From positions 17,094 through 81,093 of the forward strand of contig CACLKH010000001.1 of assembly GCA_902607475.1 (NCBI GenBank): 64,000 nucleotides of DNA, read 5' to 3'. Under the pieces are notes generated by a model. It was not told the origin of the DNA. It searched no databases and saw nothing but the letters and a program-made list of their open reading frames with translations. Positions 1 through 9,467 of this stretch are shown piece after piece. Position 1 is the first letter of the stretch. Each line of letters opens with the position of its first letter. The stretch is from an uncultured Alphaproteobacteria bacterium. GTDB taxonomy: Bacteria; Pseudomonadota; Alphaproteobacteria; GCA-002720895. The translations under genes were made by a program, and so were the position numbers.

Positions 1-110
1 CAAGTTATGAAAGAAGTAGAATAGGTGGAAAAAAAAAAGTTAATGTTTTAAAAGACGGTTTCTTAATATTGACAGAAATTGTCAAATATTTCTTAAAAAT
101 TAAAAAATAA
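1..110 (+). CDS. 3' end of an ORF that begins upstream of the window (possible glycosyltransferase C-terminus)
   Basis: Frame 3 is open from the window edge to TAA at 108-110 (SYERSRIGGKKKVNVLKDGFLILTEIVKYFLKIKK*). The basic motif plus hydrophobic tail is reminiscent of GT2-type C-termini. Convergent with fcl, 2 nt away. Too short for a firm call. Confidence 0.3.
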   Translation, partial: SYERSRIGGKKKVNVLKDGFLILTEIVKYFLKIKK

Positions 111-112
111 AA

Positions 113-1054
113 CTATTTAGATTTATTTTTTAAATACGATTCATAAGTTAATTTAATACCATCTAAAAGATTAGTTTTTGATTTCCATCCTAAAGAATTA
201 ATTTTTTTTGAATCAATAAATTTTCTCGGAGTCCCATCAGGTTTTGATTTATCAAAGGTAAATCTCCCTTTAAATCCTATTACTCTTGCAATAGTTTTAG
301 CAAGATTTAGTATACTTACTTCATTGGCAGAGCCAACGTTGATATGTTCATTTTTATTATATTTTTTCATTAAAAAAACCAGAGCATCAGCTAAATCATC
401 AACAAATAAAAATTCTCTTTTTGGTTCTCCAGTACCCCAGATAGTTACTTTTTTTTTATTTTGTTTTACAGCGTTATGAATTTTATTTATTAAACCAGGT
501 AAGACATGCCCGGATTTAACATCAAAATTATCTCCAGGGCCATATAGATTAGTAGGCATAGCGGATATAAAATTGTTTTTGTATTGTATCCCATATGCTT
601 TACAAAGTTTTAAACCAGCAATTTTGGCTATTGCATACCATTCATTTGTTGGTTCTAGTGATCCGGTTAGTAAAGAATCTTCTTTTATTGGTTGTTTAGC
701 AAATTTTGGATATATACAGCTAGATCCCAAATACAAAACTTTTTTTACATTATTCTTATATGATAAATGAATTAAGTTTAATGCTATTGATAAATTGTCA
801 TATATAAAATCTGCCGGATAAGAACTATTTTCTAGAATTCCTCCAACACGTGCGGCTGCAATAAATATATAATCAGGTTTGTTTAATTTTAACCATCTAT
901 CTGTCTTATTAAAATCTCTTAAATCTAATGATTTTTTATTAACACAAAGAACTTTGCACTTTTCTTTCTCAAGTCTTTTGCATAACGACTTACCAACAAG
1001 CCCTGTATGACCAGCAACAAAGATTTTTTTATTTTTTAAAGATATTTGTTTCAT
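113..1054 (-). CDS. fcl: GDP-L-fucose synthase (GDP-4-keto-6-deoxy-D-mannose epimerase/reductase)
   Basis: 313 aa. N-terminal Rossmann motif GHTGLVG, SDR catalytic motifs SSCIYP and YAIAK (YxxxK). Full-length resemblance to Fcl/WcaG. Confidence 0.9.
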   Translation of the reverse strand: MKQISLKNKKIFVAGHTGLVGKSLCKRLEKEKCKVLCVNKKSLDLRDFNKTDRWLKLNKPDYIFIAAARVGGILENSSYPADFIYDNLSIALNLIHLSYKNNVKKVLYLGSSCIYPKFAKQPIKEDSLLTGSLEPTNEWYAIAKIAGLKLCKAYGIQYKNNFISAMPTNLYGPGDNFDVKSGHVLPGLINKIHNAVKQNKKKVTIWGTGEPKREFLFVDDLADALVFLMKKYNKNEHINVGSANEVSILNLAKTIARVIGFKGRFTFDKSKPDGTPRKFIDSKKINSLGWKSKTNLLDGIKLTYESYLKNKSK

Positions 1055-1062
1055 ATTTTTAA

Positions 1063-1139
1063 TGGTAGCGAGGGGGAGATTTGAACTCCCGACACACGGA
1101 TTATGATTCCGCTGCTCTAAACCACTGAGCTACCTCGCC
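1063..1139 (-). tRNA. tRNA with CAU anticodon (elongator Met; lysidine-type Ile2 not excluded)
   Basis: 77-nt cloverleaf on the minus strand: GGCGAGG-TA-GCTC-AGTGGTTTA-GAGC-A-GCGGA-ATCATAA-TCCGT-GTGTC-GGGAG-TTCAAAT-CTCCC-CCTCGCT-ACCA. Anticodon CAT; CCA is encoded. G1-U72 wobble, no C1xA72 mismatch and no GGG/CCC anticodon stem, so it is not an initiator. Confidence 0.9.
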
Positions 1140-1188
1140 TCATGGTTAGAATGTATAAAAAAATATACGATTTCAAGTAAATTATTTT

Positions 1189-1494
1189 TTACACCGCAGA
1201 AAATATTAATCCATTTAATTTATCAGTTATTTTTATTTGGCATGCAAGTCTTGAGTTATTTTTTAAATTTTTTGATAATACTAAAATTTCTTTTTCTTCT
1301 TTAGTTTTTTTTTTAAGTTTATTTAAATGATTAGATAAAATGTATACATGGCATGTTGAACATAGCATCTCGCCTCCACAAGATCCTTCTAAATTTATAT
1401 TATTATTTTTTGACACTTCTAATAAACTTAAACCTTTATTTGCATTGATTAACTTTTGGTTTCCTTTTTTATCTATATGTTTTATTTTTATCAT
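1189..1494 (-). CDS. fdx: [2Fe-2S] ferredoxin, adrenodoxin/Fdx type
   Basis: 101 aa. Cys ligand pattern EGSCGGEMLCSTCHV ... SRLACQ is typical of ISC-type Fdx. Confidence 0.85.
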   Translation of the reverse strand: MIKIKHIDKKGNQKLINANKGLSLLEVSKNNNINLEGSCGGEMLCSTCHVYILSNHLNKLKKKTKEEKEILVLSKNLKNNSRLACQIKITDKLNGLIFSAV

Positions 1495-1506
1495 TAAAAT
1501 TTTATT

Positions 1507-2646
1507 TTATTGATTTAAATTAGTTAAAATTTTTGATATTTTTAAGGCACAATATTTAATTTCTTTTTCTGTATTTTTTTTTCCAATACCTATTCTCAAA
1601 GTAGAACTAGCTTTATTTTTATCTAATCCAATTTCTTTTAAAACATAAGAAGGTTCGCCTGACCCAGAACCACATGCTGAACCAGAAGACAAAGATATAT
1701 CATTAAGTTTTGAAAATAAAAATTCATTTTTAATGTCTGTAAATGTTATATTTATATTATGGTCCACTGTATTTCTTCCATTTAAGAAATAATTTATTTT
1801 TTCTTTTTCTAAAATTTTCAGAAATATATTTCTTAAATTTCTTATTTTTTTTGTCGTTTTTAATCTTTCATTTTCTATCAATTTAACTGCGTGTCCTAAT
1901 CCAACACATAATGCAGTAGGTAAAGTTCCAGATCTTAAACCATTTTCTTGACCTCCTCCAGAAAAAAGTGGGATTAATTTAACATCTTTTCTTTTTTTTA
2001 TAAATATACACCCAACACCTTGTGGACCATGAATTTTATGAGAAGAAAAACTTGCAAAGTCTAAATTTAAATAATTAACATCAAAGCTTACTTTACCTAG
2101 TGATTGAGAAGCATCTGTGTGAAAAAAAATTCTTTTTTTTTTACAAATTTCACCAATCTTTTTTATTGGATGGATGGTTCCAATTTCATTATTAACATGC
2201 ATTATTGAAACTAAAAAAGTTTTACTATTAATTTTTTTCTTTAAATCATTTAGATTCAACTCGCCAAATTTATTAACTTTAAGGTAAGTTATTTTATAAC
2301 CTATTGATTCTAAAAAATTACAAGATTCCAAAATACATTTATGTTCTGTAACGCATGTTATAATATGATTTTTTTTTTTTTGACTAAATGCTAAACCTTT
2401 TAAAACCAAATTATTTGATTCAGTTGCTCCGGATGTAAAAAAAATTTCTTCCTTATTAGCATTAATAGCTTTTGCTATTTTTGATCTAGATAAATTAATA
2501 AATTTATTTGATATCCACCCATGAGAATGAGAATCTGAATGTGGATTACCAAAAATATTTGTTAAAAATGGGATCATCTCCTTATAAACTCTTTCATCAA
2601 TTTGTGTTGAGGCATGATTATCCAAATAAATATTTTTATTTTTCAT
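1507..2646 (-). CDS. cysteine desulfurase, class I (NifS/IscS-like), PLP-dependent
   Basis: 379 aa. PLP-lysine motif SSHKIHGPQGVG and active-site Cys loop SSGSACGSG. Confidence 0.9.
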   Translation of the reverse strand: MKNKNIYLDNHASTQIDERVYKEMIPFLTNIFGNPHSDSHSHGWISNKFINLSRSKIAKAINANKEEIFFTSGATESNNLVLKGLAFSQKKKNHIITCVTEHKCILESCNFLESIGYKITYLKVNKFGELNLNDLKKKINSKTFLVSIMHVNNEIGTIHPIKKIGEICKKKRIFFHTDASQSLGKVSFDVNYLNLDFASFSSHKIHGPQGVGCIFIKKRKDVKLIPLFSGGGQENGLRSGTLPTALCVGLGHAVKLIENERLKTTKKIRNLRNIFLKILEKEKINYFLNGRNTVDHNINITFTDIKNEFLFSKLNDISLSSGSACGSGSGEPSYVLKEIGLDKNKASSTLRIGIGKKNTEKEIKYCALKISKILTNLNQ

Positions 2647-2652
2647 AAATAT

Positions 2653-3195
2653 TTATATTCCGGAACCATCACCAGATGGGTTATCAATAACTCGTGCTGG
2701 AATACCAATAACTGTAGTATTTGATGGCACGTTTCTTGTCACTACTGAATTTGCACCAATTTTTGAGTTTTTACCTACTGAGATAGGTCCTAAGACTTTT
2801 GCCCCAGCTCCAATTATAACATTATCATTAATAGTAGGATGTCTTTTCTTTTTTTCCCATTTTGTTCCACCTAAGGTCACCCCTTGATATATACTAACAT
2901 TATCTCCAATAATAGTTGTCTCTCCTATAACAACACCCATTCCGTGATCAATAAAAATATTTTTACCAATTTTAACTGCTGGATGAATTTCAATTCCGGT
3001 TAAAAATCTTGAAATATGTGATATCATTCTTGCTATTAATTTTAAATTTAATTTCCAAAAAAAATTTGATATTTTATGAAAAAAAATTGCATGTAGGCCT
3101 GGATAGCATGTTAATATTTCTAAATAAGATCTCGATGCAGGGTCTTTTTTTTTATAATTATCTAAAAATTCTTTAAATTTTTTTAAAAACATCAA
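2653..3195 (-). CDS. cysE: serine O-acetyltransferase
   Basis: 180 aa. Left-handed beta-helix hexapeptide repeats ([39 protein letters not shown]). Confidence 0.9.
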   Translation of the reverse strand: MMFLKKFKEFLDNYKKKDPASRSYLEILTCYPGLHAIFFHKISNFFWKLNLKLIARMISHISRFLTGIEIHPAVKIGKNIFIDHGMGVVIGETTIIGDNVSIYQGVTLGGTKWEKKKRHPTINDNVIIGAGAKVLGPISVGKNSKIGANSVVTRNVPSNTTVIGIPARVIDNPSGDGSGI

Positions 3196-3337
3196 TTTAA
3201 AATTAATAATTTGATAATATATTTATTTAATTGTTTTTATGGAAAAATTCTACTTAATTTATAAATTTAATAGAAATATATTTTTATTTATTAATTGCTT
3301 TTAGTAATCATTTAATTATAAGTCTAATATTTAGAAT

Positions 3338-4006
3338 ATGGAAGAAGTATTAATAAATGGACCGCAAGGAAAATTACAAGGATTTTACAAACATTCTGAA
3401 AATCCAAAAAACATTAGTTTAGTTTTACATCCAAGAAACTGTATTGAAAATTCAACTGATAATAACATTGTTTCTACTTTATTCGAAGTTTTTTCGAACA
3501 ATAATTTCTCAACCTTAAAAATCAACTTTCGAGGTGTACAAAAATCTGATGGTGAAATAGAAGAAGATGGCCTAGGTGAATTAAGTGATGCAGCAACAGC
3601 ACTTGACTGGTTACAAGGACAAAACCAAGATACAAACAGTTGTTGGATAGGAGGAATTGATTTTGGTGCTTGGATCGGTTCACAATTATTAATGAGGAGA
3701 CCTGAAATAACTGGTTTTATTAATGTTGCTACTCCAATCAAAGAATTTGATTTTTCTTTTTTATCACCTTGTCCTGCTTCTGGATTAATTATTCACCCTA
3801 ATAAACAAATTGATATTGAACAAAAAAATATTTATTCATTAGTAAAAAAACTTTCAAATCAAAAAAAGGTAAAAATTGTATATAAAAAAATTAATTCAGA
3901 TATTAATTTTAAAAATAAAGAGAATGAAATAAAAAAATACTCAGAAAAGTTTATTTCAGATATTCTTTTAGATTTAAATAAAGTTAAAAATTTGACCACC
4001 GGTTGA
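3338..4006 (+). CDS. alpha/beta-hydrolase-fold protein (COG2945-like), catalytic triad apparently substituted
   Basis: 222 aa with the layout of small alpha/beta hydrolases (HPR..., NFRGVQKSDGE). The nucleophile-elbow position reads GGIDFGAW, with Asp where the GxSxG Ser is expected. The 3' end overlaps convergent anmK by 33 nt. Confidence 0.6.
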   Translation: MEEVLINGPQGKLQGFYKHSENPKNISLVLHPRNCIENSTDNNIVSTLFEVFSNNNFSTLKINFRGVQKSDGEIEEDGLGELSDAATALDWLQGQNQDTNSCWIGGIDFGAWIGSQLLMRRPEITGFINVATPIKEFDFSFLSPCPASGLIIHPNKQIDIEQKNIYSLVKKLSNQKKVKIVYKKINSDINFKNKENEIKKYSEKFISDILLDLNKVKNLTTG

Positions 4007-5104
4007 TGGTTTTTTTATACCTGTTGTTTTAGGAAATGTAATTGGTAAATTCAGTAATTTTCTAATAGATAAATACGCAAAAGCATAAGATTCGATAGAA
4101 TCTCCATTCCAATTATAATTTTCAGTTAATACAATTTTAGATTTTTTAATTTTTTTATTAATTAATTCAACTAAAAATTTATTAAGCCTCCCTCCTCCAG
4201 ATAAGATACATAAGTCTGGATTTTTAGGAAAATAATCAAAGCTTTTTAATAATGTATCTACTACAAAATAACTTAATGTTGCAGCTCCATCCTCAATTTT
4301 TAATTTTTTTAACAATGATAGAGAGAAATAGCTCCTATCTAATGATTTAGGAGGTGGTTTAGAAAAAAAAGGTTTTTTTAAAAAATTTTGAATTATTTTT
4401 TTTTTAACATTACCTTTTCTTGCTAACAAACCAAAGTTATCAAACTTTTTATTTGAATTTTTGGAAACCCAATCATCAATTAAAGAACAGCAAGGACCTG
4501 CGTCAAATGCTAACATGTTATTTAGACTACTTTCAGATTCATGATTAAAATATGTGATATTAGAAATACCGCCTAGATTTATAAAGCAAATTTTTTTTTT
4601 TATTTCTTTTGTTAAATAGTAATGAAATATAGGAGTTAGAGGAGCACCTTGACCACCTTTTTTGATGTCATTTTCTCTAAAATTACCAACAACCTTTATA
4701 TTCAATAAATTTGCTAAATTTTGAGAATTTCCTATTTGCCAACTATAACCACTAGCAGGGTTATGAGAAATAGTTTGTCCATGAAAACCTATAACATGAA
4801 TTTTTTTTTTATTAATTTTATTTTTTTTTAGAAATTGATTTATTGCAACAAAATTAAACTGGGTAAATTCATTTTCTATTTCAATGATTCTTTTTTGTTT
4901 TTTTGATTTATTAATATTTAATTTTTTTTTAAAAATACTTTTGATTTTTGTAATAAAAGATTTAGAAAAAGGATAATATCCTGAAGGACCTAACTCTATT
5001 TTAGATTTACCATTAGTTACAAGCATCCCAACATCAACACCATCTGCTGAAGTACCGCTCATTAATCCTAGCGCAATATAATTTTTTGAATTTAACATTA
5101 ACAA
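3974..5104 (-). CDS. anmK: anhydro-N-acetylmuramic acid kinase
   Basis: 376 aa. N-terminal GLMSGTSADGVDV signature of AnmK. Divergent from tyrS, as in many proteobacteria. Confidence 0.9.
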   Translation of the reverse strand: MLMLNSKNYIALGLMSGTSADGVDVGMLVTNGKSKIELGPSGYYPFSKSFITKIKSIFKKKLNINKSKKQKRIIEIENEFTQFNFVAINQFLKKNKINKKKIHVIGFHGQTISHNPASGYSWQIGNSQNLANLLNIKVVGNFRENDIKKGGQGAPLTPIFHYYLTKEIKKKICFINLGGISNITYFNHESESSLNNMLAFDAGPCCSLIDDWVSKNSNKKFDNFGLLARKGNVKKKIIQNFLKKPFFSKPPPKSLDRSYFSLSLLKKLKIEDGAATLSYFVVDTLLKSFDYFPKNPDLCILSGGGRLNKFLVELINKKIKKSKIVLTENYNWNGDSIESYAFAYLSIRKLLNLPITFPKTTGIKKPSTGGQIFNFI

Positions 5105-5187
5105 ATCATTAAATTATAATTAATAAGTTACTAATAAAGATCGAGTATTATAATGTTAATAAAAAAATACTAAAAAGTTATAAAAAA

Positions 5188-6381
5188 ATGTTCAAACCTA
5201 AATCAAATCTTATTCAAGAGTTACAATTAAGAGGCTATATTCATCAATGTACAAATATTGAAGAGTTAGATAAATTAGCCTCTAAAAAAAAAATAACTGC
5301 ATACATTGGTTTTGATTGTACTGCCGAAAGTCTTCATGTAGGAAGTCTTATTCAATTAATGCTTATAAGAATTCTACAAAAAAATGGTCATCAGGTAATT
5401 GTTTTACTAGGTGATGGCACATCAAAAATAGGCGATCCGTCTGGTAAAGACAAATCAAGACAGTTATTGGAAGAGAAAGAAATTAAAAATAATTCGCAAA
5501 ATATAAAAAAAAATATTGAAAAATTTACAATTAAAGATACTGGAGTTAAAAAAATAAAATTTTTATATAACTCACTTTGGTTAGACAATATTAATTATAT
5601 AAATTTTTTAAGAACATACGGTAAAAATGTTTCAGTGAATAAAATGCTGGCAATGGATAGTATAAGTGAAAGATTAAAAAGAGAACAGCCGTTATCTTTC
5701 TTAGAATTTAATTATATGGTTATTCAAGCTTATGATTTTGTTCAATTGAATAATAGAGAAAATTGTGAAGTTCAATTCGGTGGCTCCGACCAATGGGGAA
5801 ATATTACTGCTGGAATAGATTTAATAAGAAGAATAAATAAAAAAGAAGTTTTCGGCATCACAACGCCATTAATTACCACATCATCGGGAGATAAAATGGG
5901 TAAGACTAATAAAGGTGCAATATGGTTAAGCGAAAAATTACTTTCATCTAATGGGTACTGGCAGTTCTGGAGAAATGTTGATGATAAAGATGTAAGAAAG
6001 TTTTTAAAAATATTCACAGATTTAAAAATTGAAGATATTAATAATTTAAAAAATAATTCAACTAGCGAAATTAATAATAATAAAAAAATATTAGCTGATG
6101 AAGTAACAAATTTGTGTCATGGAAAAAATATCGCGGATAGTTTTATTATAAAAAAAAATAAACTTATTAAAGGTATAGAGGCATTTAAAATTGTCAGTCT
6201 TAATAAAAAAATTATCCAAAGTAATAGCGAAGCTAGAAGATTAATCAGAGGTGGTGCTATAAAATTTAATGGCAAAATAATAACTGATGAAACTAAGATT
6301 TTTTTTAAAAAAGATTTTAAAGAAAATAAGATTAAAGTTTCAGCTGGTAAAAAAAATCATTTTGTAATCAAAATAATTTAA
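5188..6381 (+). CDS. tyrS: tyrosine--tRNA ligase
   Basis: 397 aa. HIGH-type motif (LHVGS), KMSKS-type motif (KMGKT), C-terminal S4-like domain (SEARRLIRGGAIKFNG). Confidence 0.95.
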   Translation: MFKPKSNLIQELQLRGYIHQCTNIEELDKLASKKKITAYIGFDCTAESLHVGSLIQLMLIRILQKNGHQVIVLLGDGTSKIGDPSGKDKSRQLLEEKEIKNNSQNIKKNIEKFTIKDTGVKKIKFLYNSLWLDNINYINFLRTYGKNVSVNKMLAMDSISERLKREQPLSFLEFNYMVIQAYDFVQLNNRENCEVQFGGSDQWGNITAGIDLIRRINKKEVFGITTPLITTSSGDKMGKTNKGAIWLSEKLLSSNGYWQFWRNVDDKDVRKFLKIFTDLKIEDINNLKNNSTSEINNNKKILADEVTNLCHGKNIADSFIIKKNKLIKGIEAFKIVSLNKKIIQSNSEARRLIRGGAIKFNGKIITDETKIFFKKDFKENKIKVSAGKKNHFVIKII

Positions 6382-8369
6382 TCTTTTTCTTCTTTTTGTT
6401 CTTTTTTAAAAACACTAAAAAATTTTTGGATAAAACCTGGTGTTATAGTCTTGAGTGGATTTACCATAACCTCTGGTTTATCTATATCGCCCTTAACAGT
6501 ATAAACAAAAGACCAAATTCCTTTTCTCTCATTAGTTAATATTTTTCCTAAAACAGGTATTGAACCAATAATCTTATTCAGAGTTACCATTGGTATAATA
6601 GCTCCTTCTAAATCTACTTCTTTTTTTCTTAAATAAACTTTTCCTTGATTTGAAAAACCAACATCCGGACCATAAGCTTCGTATTTATTCAAATTTAACA
6701 CACCGTTTTCTAAAATAAATTCAGATTTTAATTTATTGATTAAAATTCCCTCTCCTGATAAAGCTGAAACAATTCCTATTGATGCTAAGTTTAATATTTT
6801 GGCAAGAGTGGGGGCTTTTATTAATCTCATATCTCTTATAGTTACACTTGAATTTAATGGATGAGTTTCTTTTGTATCATCGTATTCTCCGTGCAATACA
6901 AATTCTCCTCCTTTTCCACTTTTATTTATATTAAAAGTTTTTAAAAATAATCCTGCATCATTAGAATTAATTACTAATTCTCTAGAATTTTCTTTGGGAC
7001 TTATTGTTAAATTAAATTCTTTTTCATTGTTTAATTTAGAATATAATTCTGCTTCTTTAAATAATTTATTTTCATATTTAAGTATGGCATTAACACTATA
7101 AATACTTTTTTCTTCCCTAACTACTATCTCTTTTGCTTCCAAATTTATTTTTACAGGTTGTAATTGAATTAAAAAACTATCTTCTTTTTGTTTTTCTATT
7201 AATGTTTCTTTTAAAGTTTTTGAAAAATCCAAATAATCTCCTTTTAAATCTAAAGTGTTTAAATCCTTGTTTCTTATAATTTTAATACTTGTTTTTTTAT
7301 CATTATTCTTTAAATCAAGTTCTAAACTCTTATAAGGTTTAAATTCTTTTGATAATTTAACTAAACCTTTTAACTCTTTGTTATCTTGTTTGTAATGCAC
7401 AATTTTAATTTCTTTTAATTTTTTATTAAAAAAATCAAAATCTATATCTGCTGTTGCTTCTGTTCCCTTATATTTTTTTATGTTTAAGGCTGGTATGTTT
7501 AATTCTAAATCTTTTAAGTTATTAGAGGTTTTTATTCTTTCTTTCTTACCCTTAAAAATAAAATACGATGCATTGAAATCTATTGGACCTTTAATATAAG
7601 GCGCGACTTCTAAATTAAATAATTTTTCTATAGTATTTTCATCGATTTTTCCTGACAAATTGTATTTACTTACAAATTTACTTAAATCTATATAGTTTTT
7701 TTTTCCTTTCAGTAAAATATCTGTTTGCCCCAAAGTTGCATTTCCCTCAATGCTAAAACTATTTTTATCTACAGAAAATTTCATGTTTTCCGAATTTAAA
7801 TCTAAGTTATAAAAGATTTTTTTTCTCAAAAGTTTAGTTAAAACTCCATCTGCTGAAGATTCCTCTAAGTTTAAATTTGCTGTTCCTTGATAAAAATCTT
7901 CTTTTATAGATGTGGAAAATTTATCGATAATTATTTCTTTATCACTAAGATCTAAATTACCTTCTAAATCAATGGAATTAATTATTAGTGGCTTTGGAAA
8001 AACTGAAGGCAATTCTATTTTACCTTCAAACACTTCTATTTTATTAGTAACTAATTTCCTTTCAGTAATTAAAGGTAAAAATTTTATGTAAACTTTTAAA
8101 TTTTTAAATTCTGAAATTTTTTTTTCATCAGTAGAGAATATGTTAAAATCTTTTCCATCAACTATAATTCTCATTTCATCTTTATCAAATTTTATTTTTG
8201 GATCTTTAATAGAGGTATAAAATTTTTCTGATTTAAATCTATTGTTTATAAATTTTTCTAAGTATTGGCTTGAGAATTCTCCCTTATTTATAATCCATGC
8301 TGAATAAATTAATGCAGATATTATAAATAAAATAATTAATGAAATAAATGTTTTAAATACTTCTTTCAT
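6378..8369 (-). CDS. AsmA/YhdP-like envelope protein (DUF3971/AsmA_2-type C-terminus)
   Basis: 663 aa. N-terminal TM anchor (FISLIILFIISALIYSAWII), long beta-rich body, and a C-terminal tail (GKGGEF...GDIDKPEVMVNPL) typical of AsmA-like proteins. Its stop codon overlaps the tyrS stop. Confidence 0.6.
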   Translation of the reverse strand: MKEVFKTFISLIILFIISALIYSAWIINKGEFSSQYLEKFINNRFKSEKFYTSIKDPKIKFDKDEMRIIVDGKDFNIFSTDEKKISEFKNLKVYIKFLPLITERKLVTNKIEVFEGKIELPSVFPKPLIINSIDLEGNLDLSDKEIIIDKFSTSIKEDFYQGTANLNLEESSADGVLTKLLRKKIFYNLDLNSENMKFSVDKNSFSIEGNATLGQTDILLKGKKNYIDLSKFVSKYNLSGKIDENTIEKLFNLEVAPYIKGPIDFNASYFIFKGKKERIKTSNNLKDLELNIPALNIKKYKGTEATADIDFDFFNKKLKEIKIVHYKQDNKELKGLVKLSKEFKPYKSLELDLKNNDKKTSIKIIRNKDLNTLDLKGDYLDFSKTLKETLIEKQKEDSFLIQLQPVKINLEAKEIVVREEKSIYSVNAILKYENKLFKEAELYSKLNNEKEFNLTISPKENSRELVINSNDAGLFLKTFNINKSGKGGEFVLHGEYDDTKETHPLNSSVTIRDMRLIKAPTLAKILNLASIGIVSALSGEGILINKLKSEFILENGVLNLNKYEAYGPDVGFSNQGKVYLRKKEVDLEGAIIPMVTLNKIIGSIPVLGKILTNERKGIWSFVYTVKGDIDKPEVMVNPLKTITPGFIQKFFSVFKKEQKEEKD

Positions 8370-8374
8370 TTTTT

Positions 8375-9467
8375 TTAATTTTTTTTAAATAAAGCAGCTT
8401 CTAAAAAAACATCAATATTTCCATCTAAAACTGAATTGCAATTTGATATTTCTGTATTATTTCTAAGATCTTTAACCATTTTATATGGATGCATAACATA
8501 AGATCTGATTTGTCTTCCCCAACCTATCTCTGACTTACTTTGATTTTTTGATTGTTGTTCAGATTCTTTTTTTTGTAATTCAATTTCATAAATCCTTGCT
8601 TTTAACATTGATAGCGCAGTAGCTTTGTTTTTATGTTGAGATCTATTATTTTGACATTGAACTACAACTTTAGTAGGTAAGTGTGTAATTCTAACAGCAC
8701 TATCAGTTTTATTAACATGTTGCCCGCCTGCTCCTGATGCTCTATATGTATCAATTCTTAAATCTTTCTCATTTAAATTGACCTCAATTTTTTCATCAAT
8801 TACAGGATAAATCCAAACTGATGCAAAACTAGTATGTCTTCGTGAATTAGAGTCAAAAGGCGATATTCTAACTAAACGATGAATTCCAGATTCTTTTTTT
8901 AACCAACCATAAGCATAATCTCCATCTATTTTTAGAGTTAAGGATTTTATTCCTGCTTCTTCCCCAGAATTTTCTTCTAAAATTTCAAAATTGAATTTTT
9001 TTTTTTCACACCACCTAGTATACATTCGTACTATCATTTCTGCCCAATCTTGTGCCTCAACACCACCAGCACCTGAATGTACTTCGAGAAAACAACCATT
9101 AGGGTCAGCTTCGCCTGATAAAAAATTTTCAAATTCTTTTTTCCTAACTTTTTCAATTAATTCTTTAGTATTTTTATTTATTTCTGAAATTAATTTTTCA
9201 TCATCATCATTAGTAATTTTAATTAATTCATTTAATTCATCGTATTCTTTTTCTAAACTTAAAAATGAATTCATTCTATTTTCTAAAATATTCTTTTCTT
9301 TGATTATTGACTGAGCCTTCTCTTGATCACTCCAAAAGTTTTCTTTTTGAATAATATCATAAAAAGACTTAATTTTTTTTGAAATATTATCTAAATCAAA
9401 GACCCCCCCTAAGTATTTTTAGTGAAGCCTTTATTTTTAACAAACAATCAAGAATATCTTTTTTCAT
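8375..9467 (-). CDS. prfB: peptide chain release factor 2, expressed via programmed +1 frameshift
   Basis: Frame 0 runs from ATG 9467-9465 and encodes MKKDILDCLLKIKASLKILRGGL, then an in-frame TGA (9398-9396). A +1 shift at CTT-TGA continues DLDNISKKIKSFYDIIQKENFWSDQEKAQS... into the track ORF 8375-9274. RF2 motifs SPF (RISPFDS) and GGQ (SGAGGQHVNK) are present. The joined product is 363 aa. The start overlaps the mrcA stop (TAATG). Confidence 0.93.
9396..9410 (-). promoter_or_regulatory. RF2 autoregulatory +1 frameshift site (internal SD-like G-run + CTT TGA)
   Basis: The minus strand reads AGGGGGGGTCTTTGAT. An SD-like AGGGGG lies 3 nt before the slippery CTT followed by TGA, the same architecture as E. 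coli prfB (AGGGGGTATCTTTGAC). Confidence 0.85.

Noticed and set aside
8991-9314. A 107-aa plus-strand ORF covering the region upstream of the truncated prfB track ORF.
   Set aside because: It is antisense to prfB. The apparently unassigned DNA at 9275-9467 is fully explained by the frameshifted N-terminal part of RF2.
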